From the NCBI GenBank assembly GCA_965113315.1, contig OZ220367.1: DNA of 64,000 nt. The stretch is one strand, 5' to 3'. Of the stretch, positions 39,005 through 50,510 are shown in pieces (the first letter of the stretch is position 1; each line of letters opens with the position of its first letter). The notes below the pieces were generated by a model that searched no databases, was not told the origin of the DNA, and saw only the letters and a program-made list of their open reading frames with translations. The translations under genes and the position numbers were made by a program. Origin of the DNA: Podarcis vaucheri. Taxonomy: Eukaryota.

Positions 39005-39145
39005 AATCATAGAATTGTAAAGTTGGAAGGGACCACAAAGGTTATCTAGTCCAACCCCCTGCAATGCAGGAATCTTTTGCCCAACATGGGGATTGAATCC
39101 ACGATCCTGAGATTAAGAGTTTCATGCTCCATTGACTGAGCTACC
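39005..39145 (-). mobile_element. tRNA-Lys(CTT)-headed SINE with CR1-like tail
   Basis: Minus strand ggtagctcagtcaatggagcatgaaactCTTaatctcaggatcgtggattcaatccccatgttgggc plus the CR1 3' end. Confidence 0.75.
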
Positions 39146-39156
39146 TTCTCTACACT

Positions 39157-39581
39157 CAGGGACGCGGACTTATAAAAAATATTGGGGGGGCCCGGGAAAG
39201 CTCGTGAAATGTAAATGAGCTCATGAATATGCAAATAAGCTCATGAATATGCAAATAAAGTGGCGCCGCCCCCTCGCGAGCGAATAGGGGAGAGCGTGCT
39301 GCTGCCTATTAATCAGCTCCGGAACAGCTGATATGCGGGAAACCTGGGGCTAGAGGCAGAAGCCCCCGCCCCCGGGGATTCCCCTGTTCTTGCGGGGGAC
39401 GGCCGGGGCTCTCCAGCTAGGGCGCGCGGCTGGCTGGCTGGCTGGCTGGGGAGAGAGCAGGTGGGGAGGAGGCGGGGGACGGCGGCAAGGGCGCCCGAGA
39501 TTATTGGGGGGGCTGAGCCCCCCCCAAAAAAATTTTGAGGGGGCTCAAGCCCCCTCAAGCCCCATGGAGTCGGCGCCTATG
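39157..39581. mobile_element. hAT-type MITE with GC-rich core
   Basis: 8-bp TSD tctacact (39149-39156, 39582-39589); imperfect 14-bp TIR cagggacgcggact / agtcggcgcctatg. Confidence 0.8.
39220..39256 (+). promoter_or_regulatory. Two tandem heptamer-octamer (CTCATGA-AT-ATGCAAAT) POU-binding motifs
   Basis: ATGCAAAT at 39229-39236 and 39249-39256, each preceded by CTCATGAAT; function not shown. Confidence 0.5.
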
Positions 39582-40738
39582 TCTACACTGATGTATGTGC
39601 TTCTGGAAGAGGTAAACTCTACTAGTTCCTGTAATATGACTCTGGAGACTGCACAACTCAGAAAGCAGCCCTAGATGAATTATTACAATGACCTTACAAT
39701 TACAGTGACTATTACAATGTAATTAAATCCTTTCCCCCCACAAGTGGTAGGGAGCACCACACAGATGAAAATAAGTCCCAGGCTGCAAGTGCAAAGATAC
39801 CTTCACTGGCTCTGCCTTCAGTGTATCAATATCAAGCCCATTGTGGACTCATGCTAGCCGAAAGCCTGTCATTCCTTGTTCCCTTTCTGAGTCTTAATTC
39901 TGAAAACTTCCCAAGGGCAGTCCAAAAGCCTGCAGCTGGTGTGCAGAATCTTTGGCCCTCCAGCTGTTGCTGAACTGCAACTCTCCACCATCCCTGGCCA
40001 TTGGCTATGCTTTCTGGGGCTGATGGAAGTTGTGGTTTAGCCACAGCTGGAGGACCAAAGGTCCCCCACGCCTGGCCTATGGATTCTTATCAGCCACCAG
40101 AGGCAGAGCTTATAGTTTCCAGATTCCCACCACCAATGTGAGGCCCCTGAATTGCTGAGTTATTAACTTCTTGGTGAGTACCAGGATGGCATTGGGGCGT
40201 TTGTTTCATTTCTGATACATTTTGGATAGAGGGAAAGGAGTTGGACTTGTCCTCAGTGCACACTCATGCGCTGACCATGTTTCCAGCAGGCTGTGCTCAA
40301 AATCTCACAGCTCTGCTCCGTACATAACCATGAATTCCAGAATCTAAACCAGCCTTTGTGGTTCTTGAAATGTGTGTAAATGTTATGGTTGTTTAAAAAT
40401 GCAGTAGATGGTAAATATTTAAACGTGAAGTGTCCCTGGTTCCCCAAAGTGTGTAGAAACTGGTAGCTGAAAGCAGTTCTGCCTCCCTAAACTCAGCAAT
40501 ATGTAGATAAGCAAAGGAGACATGTGTGTTCTGGAGGCAGCGGGAGAATTGAGGTTGGCCCTGAAGACAGGCCTCATTAGAATATTATTTTCGAAGTGAC
40601 AATATATTTGCATGTCTGAAATGGGATGTGAGCATTGGGGGAAAGGTATTGTGCGCCATGTTTTCACTGCAGGGTATTGTAGCAGCTTCGTGAAATGCCT
40701 ACCAGAATATTTTGAGCATTCTTCCATGATCAGTTATG

Positions 40739-40982
40739 GTCAGCAAACTTTTTCAGCAGGGGGCCGGTCCACTGTCCCTCAGACCTTGGGGGGGCGGACT
40801 ATATTTTTGGGGGGAGGGAAGAATGAATTCCTATGCCCAACAAATAACCCAAAGATGCATTTTAAATAAAAGCACACATTCTACTCATGTAAAAACATGC
40901 TGATTCCCAGACTGTCAGCGGGCTGGATTTAGAAGGTGATTGGGCCAGATCCAGCCCCTGGGCCTTACTTTGCCTACCCATG
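40739..40982. mobile_element. hAT/Charlie-like MITE (left end eroded)
   Basis: Ends gtcagcaaact / ctttgcctacccatg; agttatg repeated on both sides. Confidence 0.7.
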
Positions 40983-42784
40983 AGTTATGCTATATAGAGT
41001 TACACGATGGTAATTGGAGGTAGGATGGTATACTCCAGCTTTGTGGAAAAAAATAACCTTGCTTATGTATATTATCTGGACAAAGGCATGAAAGGAAAAA
41101 AGACATAATTTATTATTGCTTTGTTAATTGCCTTCTATGCAATCATCTCAAGGCAATGTACAGTAGTAAAAAAAGACATGACCCAGCCACTTTCAGATGT
41201 CACACAATGGAACTGAGTGGCACAACCCTATGACCCTGGGAAGGCATCCCAGGAGTCATAGACTGGATATCCTCTCTGGCAGTGCTCTGAAGTGAGATCT
41301 GGTGCCAGATCCCCCATCCCTGATGCCACTGAAGCCATGGCCTAACTGATGTTGGTGTTTTCATGGTTCAACTTTGATGTGACTGGAGCCAACGTGCTAC
41401 TTTGAATAAGCAAGACGCAAGTGTAAATGGAGGTGCCTATTCTGAATTGGTTTGGACGTGTTTGTCTTTATCGCTAAGTACAATACTAATATTGCTGTGC
41501 TTTTGTGAATGTATCTGCATGGTCAGAAGTTTGAGGATTTTAGTCCCTGTTGCCTGTACAACCTGGGAAGGGGAGCTTCATTTGCTCTTTCCCCACCATC
41601 TGAGCCACCCTTAGACCATCCTCATGGATAGTCTTGGCCTTCCTCCATTCCTGCCCTTTTGGTCTATTCCTGATATTATATGACCCTTATGGATAAAGAC
41701 CATGTCGTATACACCGTTCCGTACAATACTCAGGGCACCACTGATAAATGTATAAAAGTAGTTATAGTTAACGACTGCGACAATTGCTCCCTGGGGCTAT
41801 TCCACCGCTCGCTTCTGCTTTGCTGTGCTGGAGCAAAGGTGACTGCAGGCTTTGACTACATGCAATGCTGTTGAATTTAATGGTGCATTTCCTATTAAAA
41901 ATCTTATACAGGAGATTGGCCTGGATAGCCATTAATTGCAGTGTGTGGTGGGGTGAGGGGCCAGCTGGAGCCCAGAGCAAACTGAAATCTCTGGCAGCAA
42001 AAAGAAGGAAAACGGCAAGGGATTGATTGCAGCACAAAGGCCAGAGAGCCTAATTCTTTCCTCGTCCCCATCCGCCATCACCCCCCCCCCTTTTCTTCAG
42101 TCTCACTCTGCCTCAAATCTGGCAGGCAGCACAGGGCAAGACTATTCCAATATTGACTTTGAAGTGTGAATTTCAAACCCTCGTGGCCTTTTTATTATCT
42201 CGCCTGGGCCTGACAAGGAGAGCGAAGAAGAAGTGCCGAGAGATGAAACAGCTTAGCTTTTCAAAGGCTGCCACTTCCAGGTTCACTTCCACAGCCCTAT
42301 CACTTTGCAGGCAATTACACTGCATTCTTTCTCAGCAGTGATTCTCTGCTCCCTGCTGAAAAGCCAGGCTAGAAGGGTAATAAGGAGGGGGTACCTCTCC
42401 TACCTCCCACTCCCCCACCAACTTCACTGATGCTTCTGCCTTGCTTCCCTCAGTGCAGCTTTCTGCTACAAAACTTTGGAACTAAAGTGGTCAAAAGCAT
42501 CGCCACATGTGCGTATATTGCCTGTTTGCATGTCTGAACTATGAGGTGAGTGATAACCCAAGAGGTCCTTTTGTGTACCAGACAACAGTATACCTGCAGT
42601 GGTTTCATGTGGCACCTCTGTCTTGCTAGGCTAAAAGACAACCGCCTGTGCTCCCTGAGGTGCACTCACAGCTCCTTCCTTGCTGTGCCTCAGAGAATAG
42701 TCATGCAGTGCTTGAGGCCAGGAATCAAACTCCAAGCAGTTCACTGTGTTTGCTTAGCTCACTGGGCTGTGTTAGGGCTACAAC

Positions 42785-42822
<38 letters not shown>

Positions 42823-45694
42823 ATGTGATGTGTTGGTAGTATTTCAAGCTGATCACTTTCTGTCCCTTGATGAATCTCCAACCCTAATAAATGGCTGCAA
42901 GAAGGCAGATGGGGCCCTGCTTCCTGTCTGAAAAGAGAGATGTATGAAGATTGCTCACCCAGCCAAAAAGACACGCTTTCCTTGCCGCAGTGTCAGTGGA
43001 CAAGGGGCTAGTTTGCTGTAGCCTGCCGTATCTAACGCAGTGTCAGAAATGCCTTGAGATCCTTGCAATATTTAATTAGCATACAGCTCTCTGAGCGCCA
43101 GGCAGGAAATGTGTTTGCTAATTAGACATTGTTGATTTCATACCCAGGAACATAATGAATGCCTGGCGGGTGCCCAAAGCAGAATCCCTTCCTCATTTCT
43201 ATGCATGTATTCCACTTCCTACCAGCTGGGTCTTGCATGTCTGTGGGGCTGGTGTGCATTCACACTGGGCGCCTTATAGCAGCATCTTATGGTGATGCGA
43301 GAACACCAAGTATTCCTAGGTCGTGACGTGGAACTTCCCTTCTCCTCACCCAAAGTGGACACTAAGAAATGAACTCTTAATGAGAGAGAATTAAAGTGGC
43401 AAAAGTGTACAATGCATGCGCATCAATATTTAAAGGAGTTAAATGAAATGAGAAATTTTGCCTATGAATCAGGGCATCTCTCCAGTTACAACATCAGCTT
43501 GTTCTGTGATGGAGTGAGTGATCTATCTATAAAGAGAACTCAACTAAAACTACAATTCCCAGAGTTCCTTTGATAAAATGATAACTTACACCAGTTTGGT
43601 TGACGTAGGGTGTGTGTGTCCTTAGTCTTTTTGTTTTCACACTGCATTCCCCCCCCCCCATTTTCACAACTTATGTGCATTGGCTGTAGGGTGCTGGAAT
43701 CATGAACCTATAGTCCTCCAGATATAGTTGCACCATAATCCATGTACCCTGGTCATCCTGGCTGGGGCTGATGGGAGTTGGGAATTCCACAGCTACTGAA
43801 TGCCCACAGAATGGCCTATCCCTGATCTGAGGCCTGTTTCAAACAAAAATGTTTGTCTACATTGAAAGCACACGTTGCACGTACCCTAAGAACATACCAC
43901 AGATCTATTTAATCCAGCGTTCTGCTCCACTGCTACTGCCTTGACATTCTTGTTGATTTCTTATGGCAATTATATGTAAGTTGCTTTGGTGAGGAAAAAT
44001 ATAAATAAATAAATTTCCACAGCAACCAACTAGATGCCTCTAGGAAGCCACAAACAACATGTGAGGGCAGCAGTCCCTCCCGGCCACTGATACTCACTGA
44101 CTTGTTGCCTCTTATTGCCACATATATGCAGTCGTCACATGTCTTTACAAGGGTTGCATGCTTTTTCCTAGATGGAAGAGCTGTTGGTGCTGAAATTGTT
44201 TCATGTTTGAAGCAATCCTACCCCCCCCCCCGAGTGTTGGATTCATCAGAGTCCTTCAGATATTCAGATAATATCTGTGCTTCAGATGACCTTTCTTCTG
44301 TGTCATGGATTTGCATTGCTTGCCATATATTTGTTAGCTGCCTGCCTGCTTTTTCCATTGCTCCCATGTTCAATGCAGAGTTCTTCTTTACTTCCATGCC
44401 TGTTGGGATGTTTGATATCCCAACAGGCATGGAACAGAATACAGAGTACAGAATAGAGATGTCCTCTATTAGTTTTAGTGGTGTCTTGCACACATGGGGA
44501 ACTGGGCAGCCCCTGTTGAAGCAACCACTAAATGTTACCATGAAATGGGCTCATCTAGCTTACTGGTCTTTTCCTGCTGCTCTTCACTGGAGCTACTTGT
44601 AGAATGATTATTGCAAAGGAATAAGAAGGGATCATGAGCAAGGCATTTTTGTGTGGTTATTGTAGCTCAGGAAATGTCCAAAGTGATGTGTGTCTCATAG
44701 CAAGCCGTAGTGGGGAAAGCAGAGTAAGGGCTTACATGGAAGTGTTTTGATCATTGTTTGCTTAACTAAAGGCTGGTCGCTGTCTGGCTGTCTGGGTGGC
44801 AGAGACCCGGGCACTGACTGGACATGCTAATACCAAGGTCTGAACTGCTGCCACCTACCCTATGACTGGAGGCTATGATACTAGTCTCAAAGAAATGGTG
44901 CTGTGCCTGCCAACTGCTGTCTGCTTGGCAGGAGATGCAATGCCAGCTCTTATTCAAATGCCTAGTGCCAGTTCCTTGGGATGCTGGTAACATGCGCTAC
45001 AATTATTTGGAGAAAGACATGGCTGGCCTCCTCTCTTTCTAGGAAGCCATTCATGTTCCACGTGACTGCATTTGGGAAGCTGCAGTTTTTGAGCAGCAGT
45101 TGGGAAGGAGTGCTTAATTTTTCCACTAAAAAATTCCTTCCCTTAGCTTCCTTTTCCCCCTGTAGTTTCCAAATCATGAAAGCTGCCAAGCAGAGAAGAA
45201 TATAAGCACCCTGATGCCTTTGCTCAAAATTGCTGCTGTGCATTTAATAAAGCAGTTGTTACGTGCATTTGCATGTAATGTATAATTTGCCCTTTTGTTA
45301 GTACAGGAACTGGCTGACAGCCTGGTTGTGAAAGTAGAGAGTTGGCCCTGATGTGCTTGTGTCCTCTTCATCTTTTATTGTCCCCATTTCTTTACGTACC
45401 TGGGCTGATAATAGAAAAGGAAGGAACTTTGGGAGATGTTTATAGTGAAGGAAGGAACTCTTGTGTCCAACTGTCTAATTGCTCCTGTCCTCTGACACTC
45501 ACTCCAGAACAGTCCCTCAGGACTCTGAAGACGAGAAACACATGGAGAATAAAGGCATTGTAGGAGACACTTTCTGCAGGAGGACACGCTTTTGTTTCTT
45601 TTGATACCTGACCTCTTAACACTGATTTCAGAAGTTCTAAGCACTGTCCCCTGCAACCCCTCTCTGCACCCAAGCAATTACCTAGACACTTATC

Positions 45695-45734
<40 letters not shown>

Positions 45735-46507
45735 GTGTGGTTGATCTGGCACACATTTTCTCCATGCAGGTTTTTGCACCCAGGGCCCCACCATTCAGAA
45801 ATCTCATTCCTCACTTTCATCTTGGCTGTGGGAAGGCAGGGAGCCGATAATGAGGAAGGAGTATAAATGTCAACAGAAAACCAGCTTCAGTCAAAACTGA
45901 TAAAAATAAACCCACCAGGCTTTTATTTCGCAGGATATTTATTGTGAGAAGGTGTCTCTTCCATTGGGTCCTCGAGATTCTCAGTGCAATCTATGGTTTT
46001 TGTGCAAATGAAGACTTCCTTTAAAAAAAATTTGAGCTGACTTCCATTGGTGGGAATGCAGAAGGTGAATGGAATCTTTCCTTAAACTGTATGAGATACA
46101 TAGATTGTGTGCTAATCAGAAACACATCACATGTAAAACATTTGTCTGGAGTGTTTTAATCAGAGGTGGGATATGAGTAAAGCAATGAAGATTACCTTTT
46201 TAATAGCAAGGCCTCTCTTTCACATTTATAGTGCATTTCAGTTCTCTCTCTTTAAAGTGTCACTGTCCCAACCATTGTATGATATGAGGGATCATAAAAG
46301 GAACTGTCCCCGCAAGGTGAAGGAGGACAAAGTTATCTGATGCAGGTCTTCTTGTTCTCAGGTTACATTGTCAGGTTGCTGCACACCATACAGCTGATTC
46401 AGGCTACAAATAGAGCTACCCACCAATCTTTGTTGTTGCTGATAAGAAACTGTATTGTGTTGCATCCTGCACTCAATTCCCCCCACCCTGCAACGTCCTG
46501 CATCTGT

Positions 46508-46538
<31 letters not shown>

Positions 46539-49500
46539 CTGGCAATGTCCGAAAGCCACAAATTCCTAATTATAACACCCATTAACTCCCCCTCCCCATC
46601 TTCCTAGCCAAATTTAAATTCTGCTTCCATGATGTTGAGAAACCTGATTCCACTGACCCAGCCATCCCACAGGTCCCACTTATTTCCTACTTGGGTGTAC
46701 TTGAAAATGCACTTGTCGTCTACAGTCTTAACAATTCAATAGTTTGAAAAGGAGGCATTTTCAAACGCGGGGCCATTGTATACATTAGAATTTAAACATG
46801 TTCAAAATTTCTCATGTTTAATTTATGTGACTAAATTAGCAATTTATGGACAGAATTCACAGTTTCTGAACTCATTTGTACAAAATACTGTATGCATTCT
46901 GGTAATTTTTATTAATGCCCTGAAAAATCCCAAGCTTTGTGCTCAGTCCATAATAACATATTGTAAGATAAGAATGACATAGGCTTGCAGTGAAAGATAT
47001 TGTGGTCTTCTGTTGCTGTGTGATCTGATGTTGCAAGTGTAGTCACAGAATTGCATGAGTGGGACCTGTACCCTGCTCCTTCTGTTCACTCTTCCAGCCA
47101 GCCAGTGCCACAATAACCCAATCCATTCCCCCTCCCACCCAGTTTCCCACTCTCCATTTCACCTGCTTAATAGTAAGTCAGCATTCTGCGGTTACTGAGC
47201 ACTCTCGTTACTTATTGGGCTTTTGTGGGGGAAGGATTCCCCCCCCACAGGGTTTTTTCCTTGAAGATATTGGGGGGGGGGTACTTTTGCAAACCATAGG
47301 ATTCAGCCAAGCCTGTATAACACACTGAATATATTATAAAGTGAGTGTTGCAGGCCTGTGCCTCTCTGCCTCTTAGTGGGCTGACTGCAGAATCCCAGTA
47401 CAAACAGGACTCAATTCTCAGCTTGGCTTAGCTTTATCTTCACCTTTCTCAGATCTGCACAGGTGAGAATGCCCACTTCACACTTATTAGCGAAGTAAAG
47501 CCATCGCAGTGGGAGTAAAATGAACTCTGAGCACAACACCATCCCTGAAAAGCCCCCTGTGGGAACTAGCACCAGCACGGAAGAAAGAGACCATAGCTTT
47601 CTCATTTTCACCTTGGATGAGTGTCTATAAAAACAAGGAGCTCCATGCTGACAGGGACATGCCTAGTGCCAGCCATCCTATCCGGCTGGAAGAAGAGACA
47701 GTGATGAAACTTATTATGCATAACCACAGAGTGTAAAGTTATTTGGTCTTCTTGAAGCACAGTGCCTCCTGGAGTCCATTCTGGAGCAGTGCAGGTTATC
47801 AATTCCCCTTTGGTGGCGAAGGTCAGGCAAATGAGGATTCTGTTAGGTGCAAAGCCTTCCAGGCCTAAGGCATGATCCATAGCACTGAATCTAGGGGTGC
47901 TTCCATATGGGAGCCTTCTATCAAAAGTGGGTAGTTCAGATTCCATTTGTGCATGTTTGGCACTGTAGCTTCCACACATTCCTCTTTTTGTCCCAAAGTC
48001 ATGGATAGCAATTGATATTCTGCTGTTGCTGTCTATACCAGTGGGTGGTGCTTCATGGGATATATCTAGTCTCTTATGTGTTTTTGTCCCTCTCCTCCAT
48101 TACCCCACCGCACCCTCTACAGATTTTTTCTGTTTTGGGCGTGCACATAGGTATTTCTGAATCCCTGCATGTGTCCCTTTAAAAAAAAAATTCTGCAGGA
48201 AGTGTGCAAGAGCACAACAGCCAAAACTTTAGCTACCACATTTCACAATGGGCAAAATGAAGTGAGGGAGGGCAATATCAATTTCCCTGTGTTTGTTTAT
48301 TAATTTTTAATACTGCGGTCTTATGCAAGAGTGAAAATTACCTGACTAAAGCTTGCACAAGACTGACAAAGGGGGATTGTTGCTAAAGACTTATCGTCAT
48401 CATCATCATTATTATTATTGAAAGTCGAATGTATGTACTGCCATTCTAGCCTCCAAGGTGATTCCCCACATGTACTGTGTGGGGATCATGAGAGAATGGC
48501 TCCTCTAACTGGGTTGTTAACATTCGAGAATGCTTCCAGCATGCAGCAACTGATGGAAATATCATTTGGGCCACCAGAAACAAAATGACTTTAAGTTCAG
48601 GTGAAGAGCAGATGGAAGTAAGGGAGTGTAGTGCTAAAGTCTGCTTACGAAAACAGCACCGTTAATGTGACAAACTGTCCACCTAAACAACAACAAATGC
48701 ATGAATGAGCTTACACACCAGTGAATAGCCTGCTGGATCAGATCAATAGTCCATCCAATCCAGGAGCCTTTTCTTACAGTGACCAGCCAGATGCCAAAGG
48801 GAAGCTCAAAACAGGACTTTCCCCACTTGCGATTCCCAGCAACCACCAGCAACGATGATGGAAGATATAGAACAGGTTATTTTTTTACTTGTAGGATTTT
48901 ATTTGATAAGGGGATATCTCGATTAAGTGTAAAAAAATAAAGTATGAGTTGGTATTTTAATGATTACAACGTTATGTGGACATCACACAAAAAAGACTTG
49001 TATGCATGACAGTACCCATTTCACAATAAACTCCTGTCTGGAAGCTGTATTGCCAAACAGGCTTCACTACAACAAGCGATCTGCTTATCTCCAATGGGAG
49101 GTGCTGTGTTCACCTCTCCTGCACTAGAAATGGATAGAGAGAAACACATGGATGGATTGAGATATGTAGAAAGTCATTTACGCCCAAACAAAGAGATCTT
49201 GATATCCATGATGACTCAGAACCATAATTAAATGGCTGTTCCCAAGATATTTAGATAAGGGGGTAATTAGTTAATTAGCAACAACACCAATCAGAGGCAG
49301 AAAGCACAGCAACTCTGGGAATCACCCGCCCCCTTTTTCCCATAGTGAGCACTTCCCAGAGTGGAAGCCTTTTTCAGGCCCTTGGTGGTGGTGGTCCACC
49401 TAGGACTTGGTTGTGCCAAGTGACCACCAAGCGCTGGGCTTTGGAGCTGCATTGTCTGGGATCCCAACAGGAGTGTGTCCTTCAAAAAACCTTATTCCAT

Positions 49501-50292
49501 GTAGATCTTCATGATTAGAAGAATACAATTTAGTGGGATTGTGGTGCAGAAGAGAAGGCAACAGTTCTATGAATCTGTCTCCAGAGTCATATTTCCCTTG
49601 TTCATGCTAACCTTGCATCACGTGAGCAAGATGAAACCAGTCCCTGGTAAATCATATTTCTTTTAAAAAGAAACCTTTTAAGATATTTGACAGTGCCTCT
49701 TGTCCCCATCACTTCCATAAGCTAAATGTGGTTGGTCCTATTTCCCCTTTATATGTTGTGCATTCTGTAAACCCTTTATTTGTCCTTGTTTCTTTAGTAC
49801 GAATCCTTTCCAGTTTGTTTGTATCTTTATAATGTGGTGGCCAGAAGTGGGTAAAAAAAAAAACACCACAAAAAAACAATTGAGTCAGCAGCTGTGGCCG
49901 CTTGGCAGTGGGAGCCAAATTGTCACAGCGTAGTGCAAGCTGCTGGGGCTGCAGAGTCAGGGGCGTAATGAGATCTTAATAGTGCAATTACAGCCCATTG
50001 ATTTACTCAGCACATAATTGGCAGTGGCAGCAGCTGCCCAGTAATGGATGGCTGTGATTATTGGCAGTGAGGAGTCAGGAAAGACAGCGCTGAATTTTTG
50101 AGGGGCCATGGCTCAAGCGCATGCTTTGCATACAGAAGGTCCTGAACACAGAATCGGCTAAAGGATTTCAGGAAGCAGGCTGGGAGCGACCTCTTTCTGA
50201 GATCCTGAAGAGTGATGCTAGCCAAGAGTATGAAATGCTGAGCTAGGCAGACCAATGGTCTGACTCAGGATAAGACTGTTTCATATGTGCCC

Positions 50293-50510
50293 GTGTGGCA
50301 CAGTAGTTCGAGTGTTGGACTAGGACCTGGGAGGCCAGGGTTCAATCCCCCAGTCCCCATGAAACTCTTTGGGTAACCTTGGACTATTCACAGTATCTTA
50401 GGCAGCCCACCTCGCAGGACTGTTGTGAGGGTAAATTGGGGAGGAAGAAACCATGTACACCACCTTGAGCTCCTTGGAGGAAGGGGGGGTGTAAACGCAA
50501 GATATAAATA
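50293..50510 (+). mobile_element. Older tRNA-derived SINE (MIR/Squam3-like)
   Basis: gtgtggcacagtagttcgagtgttggactagg..gggttcaatccc head; same family as 21530-21753. Confidence 0.65.
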
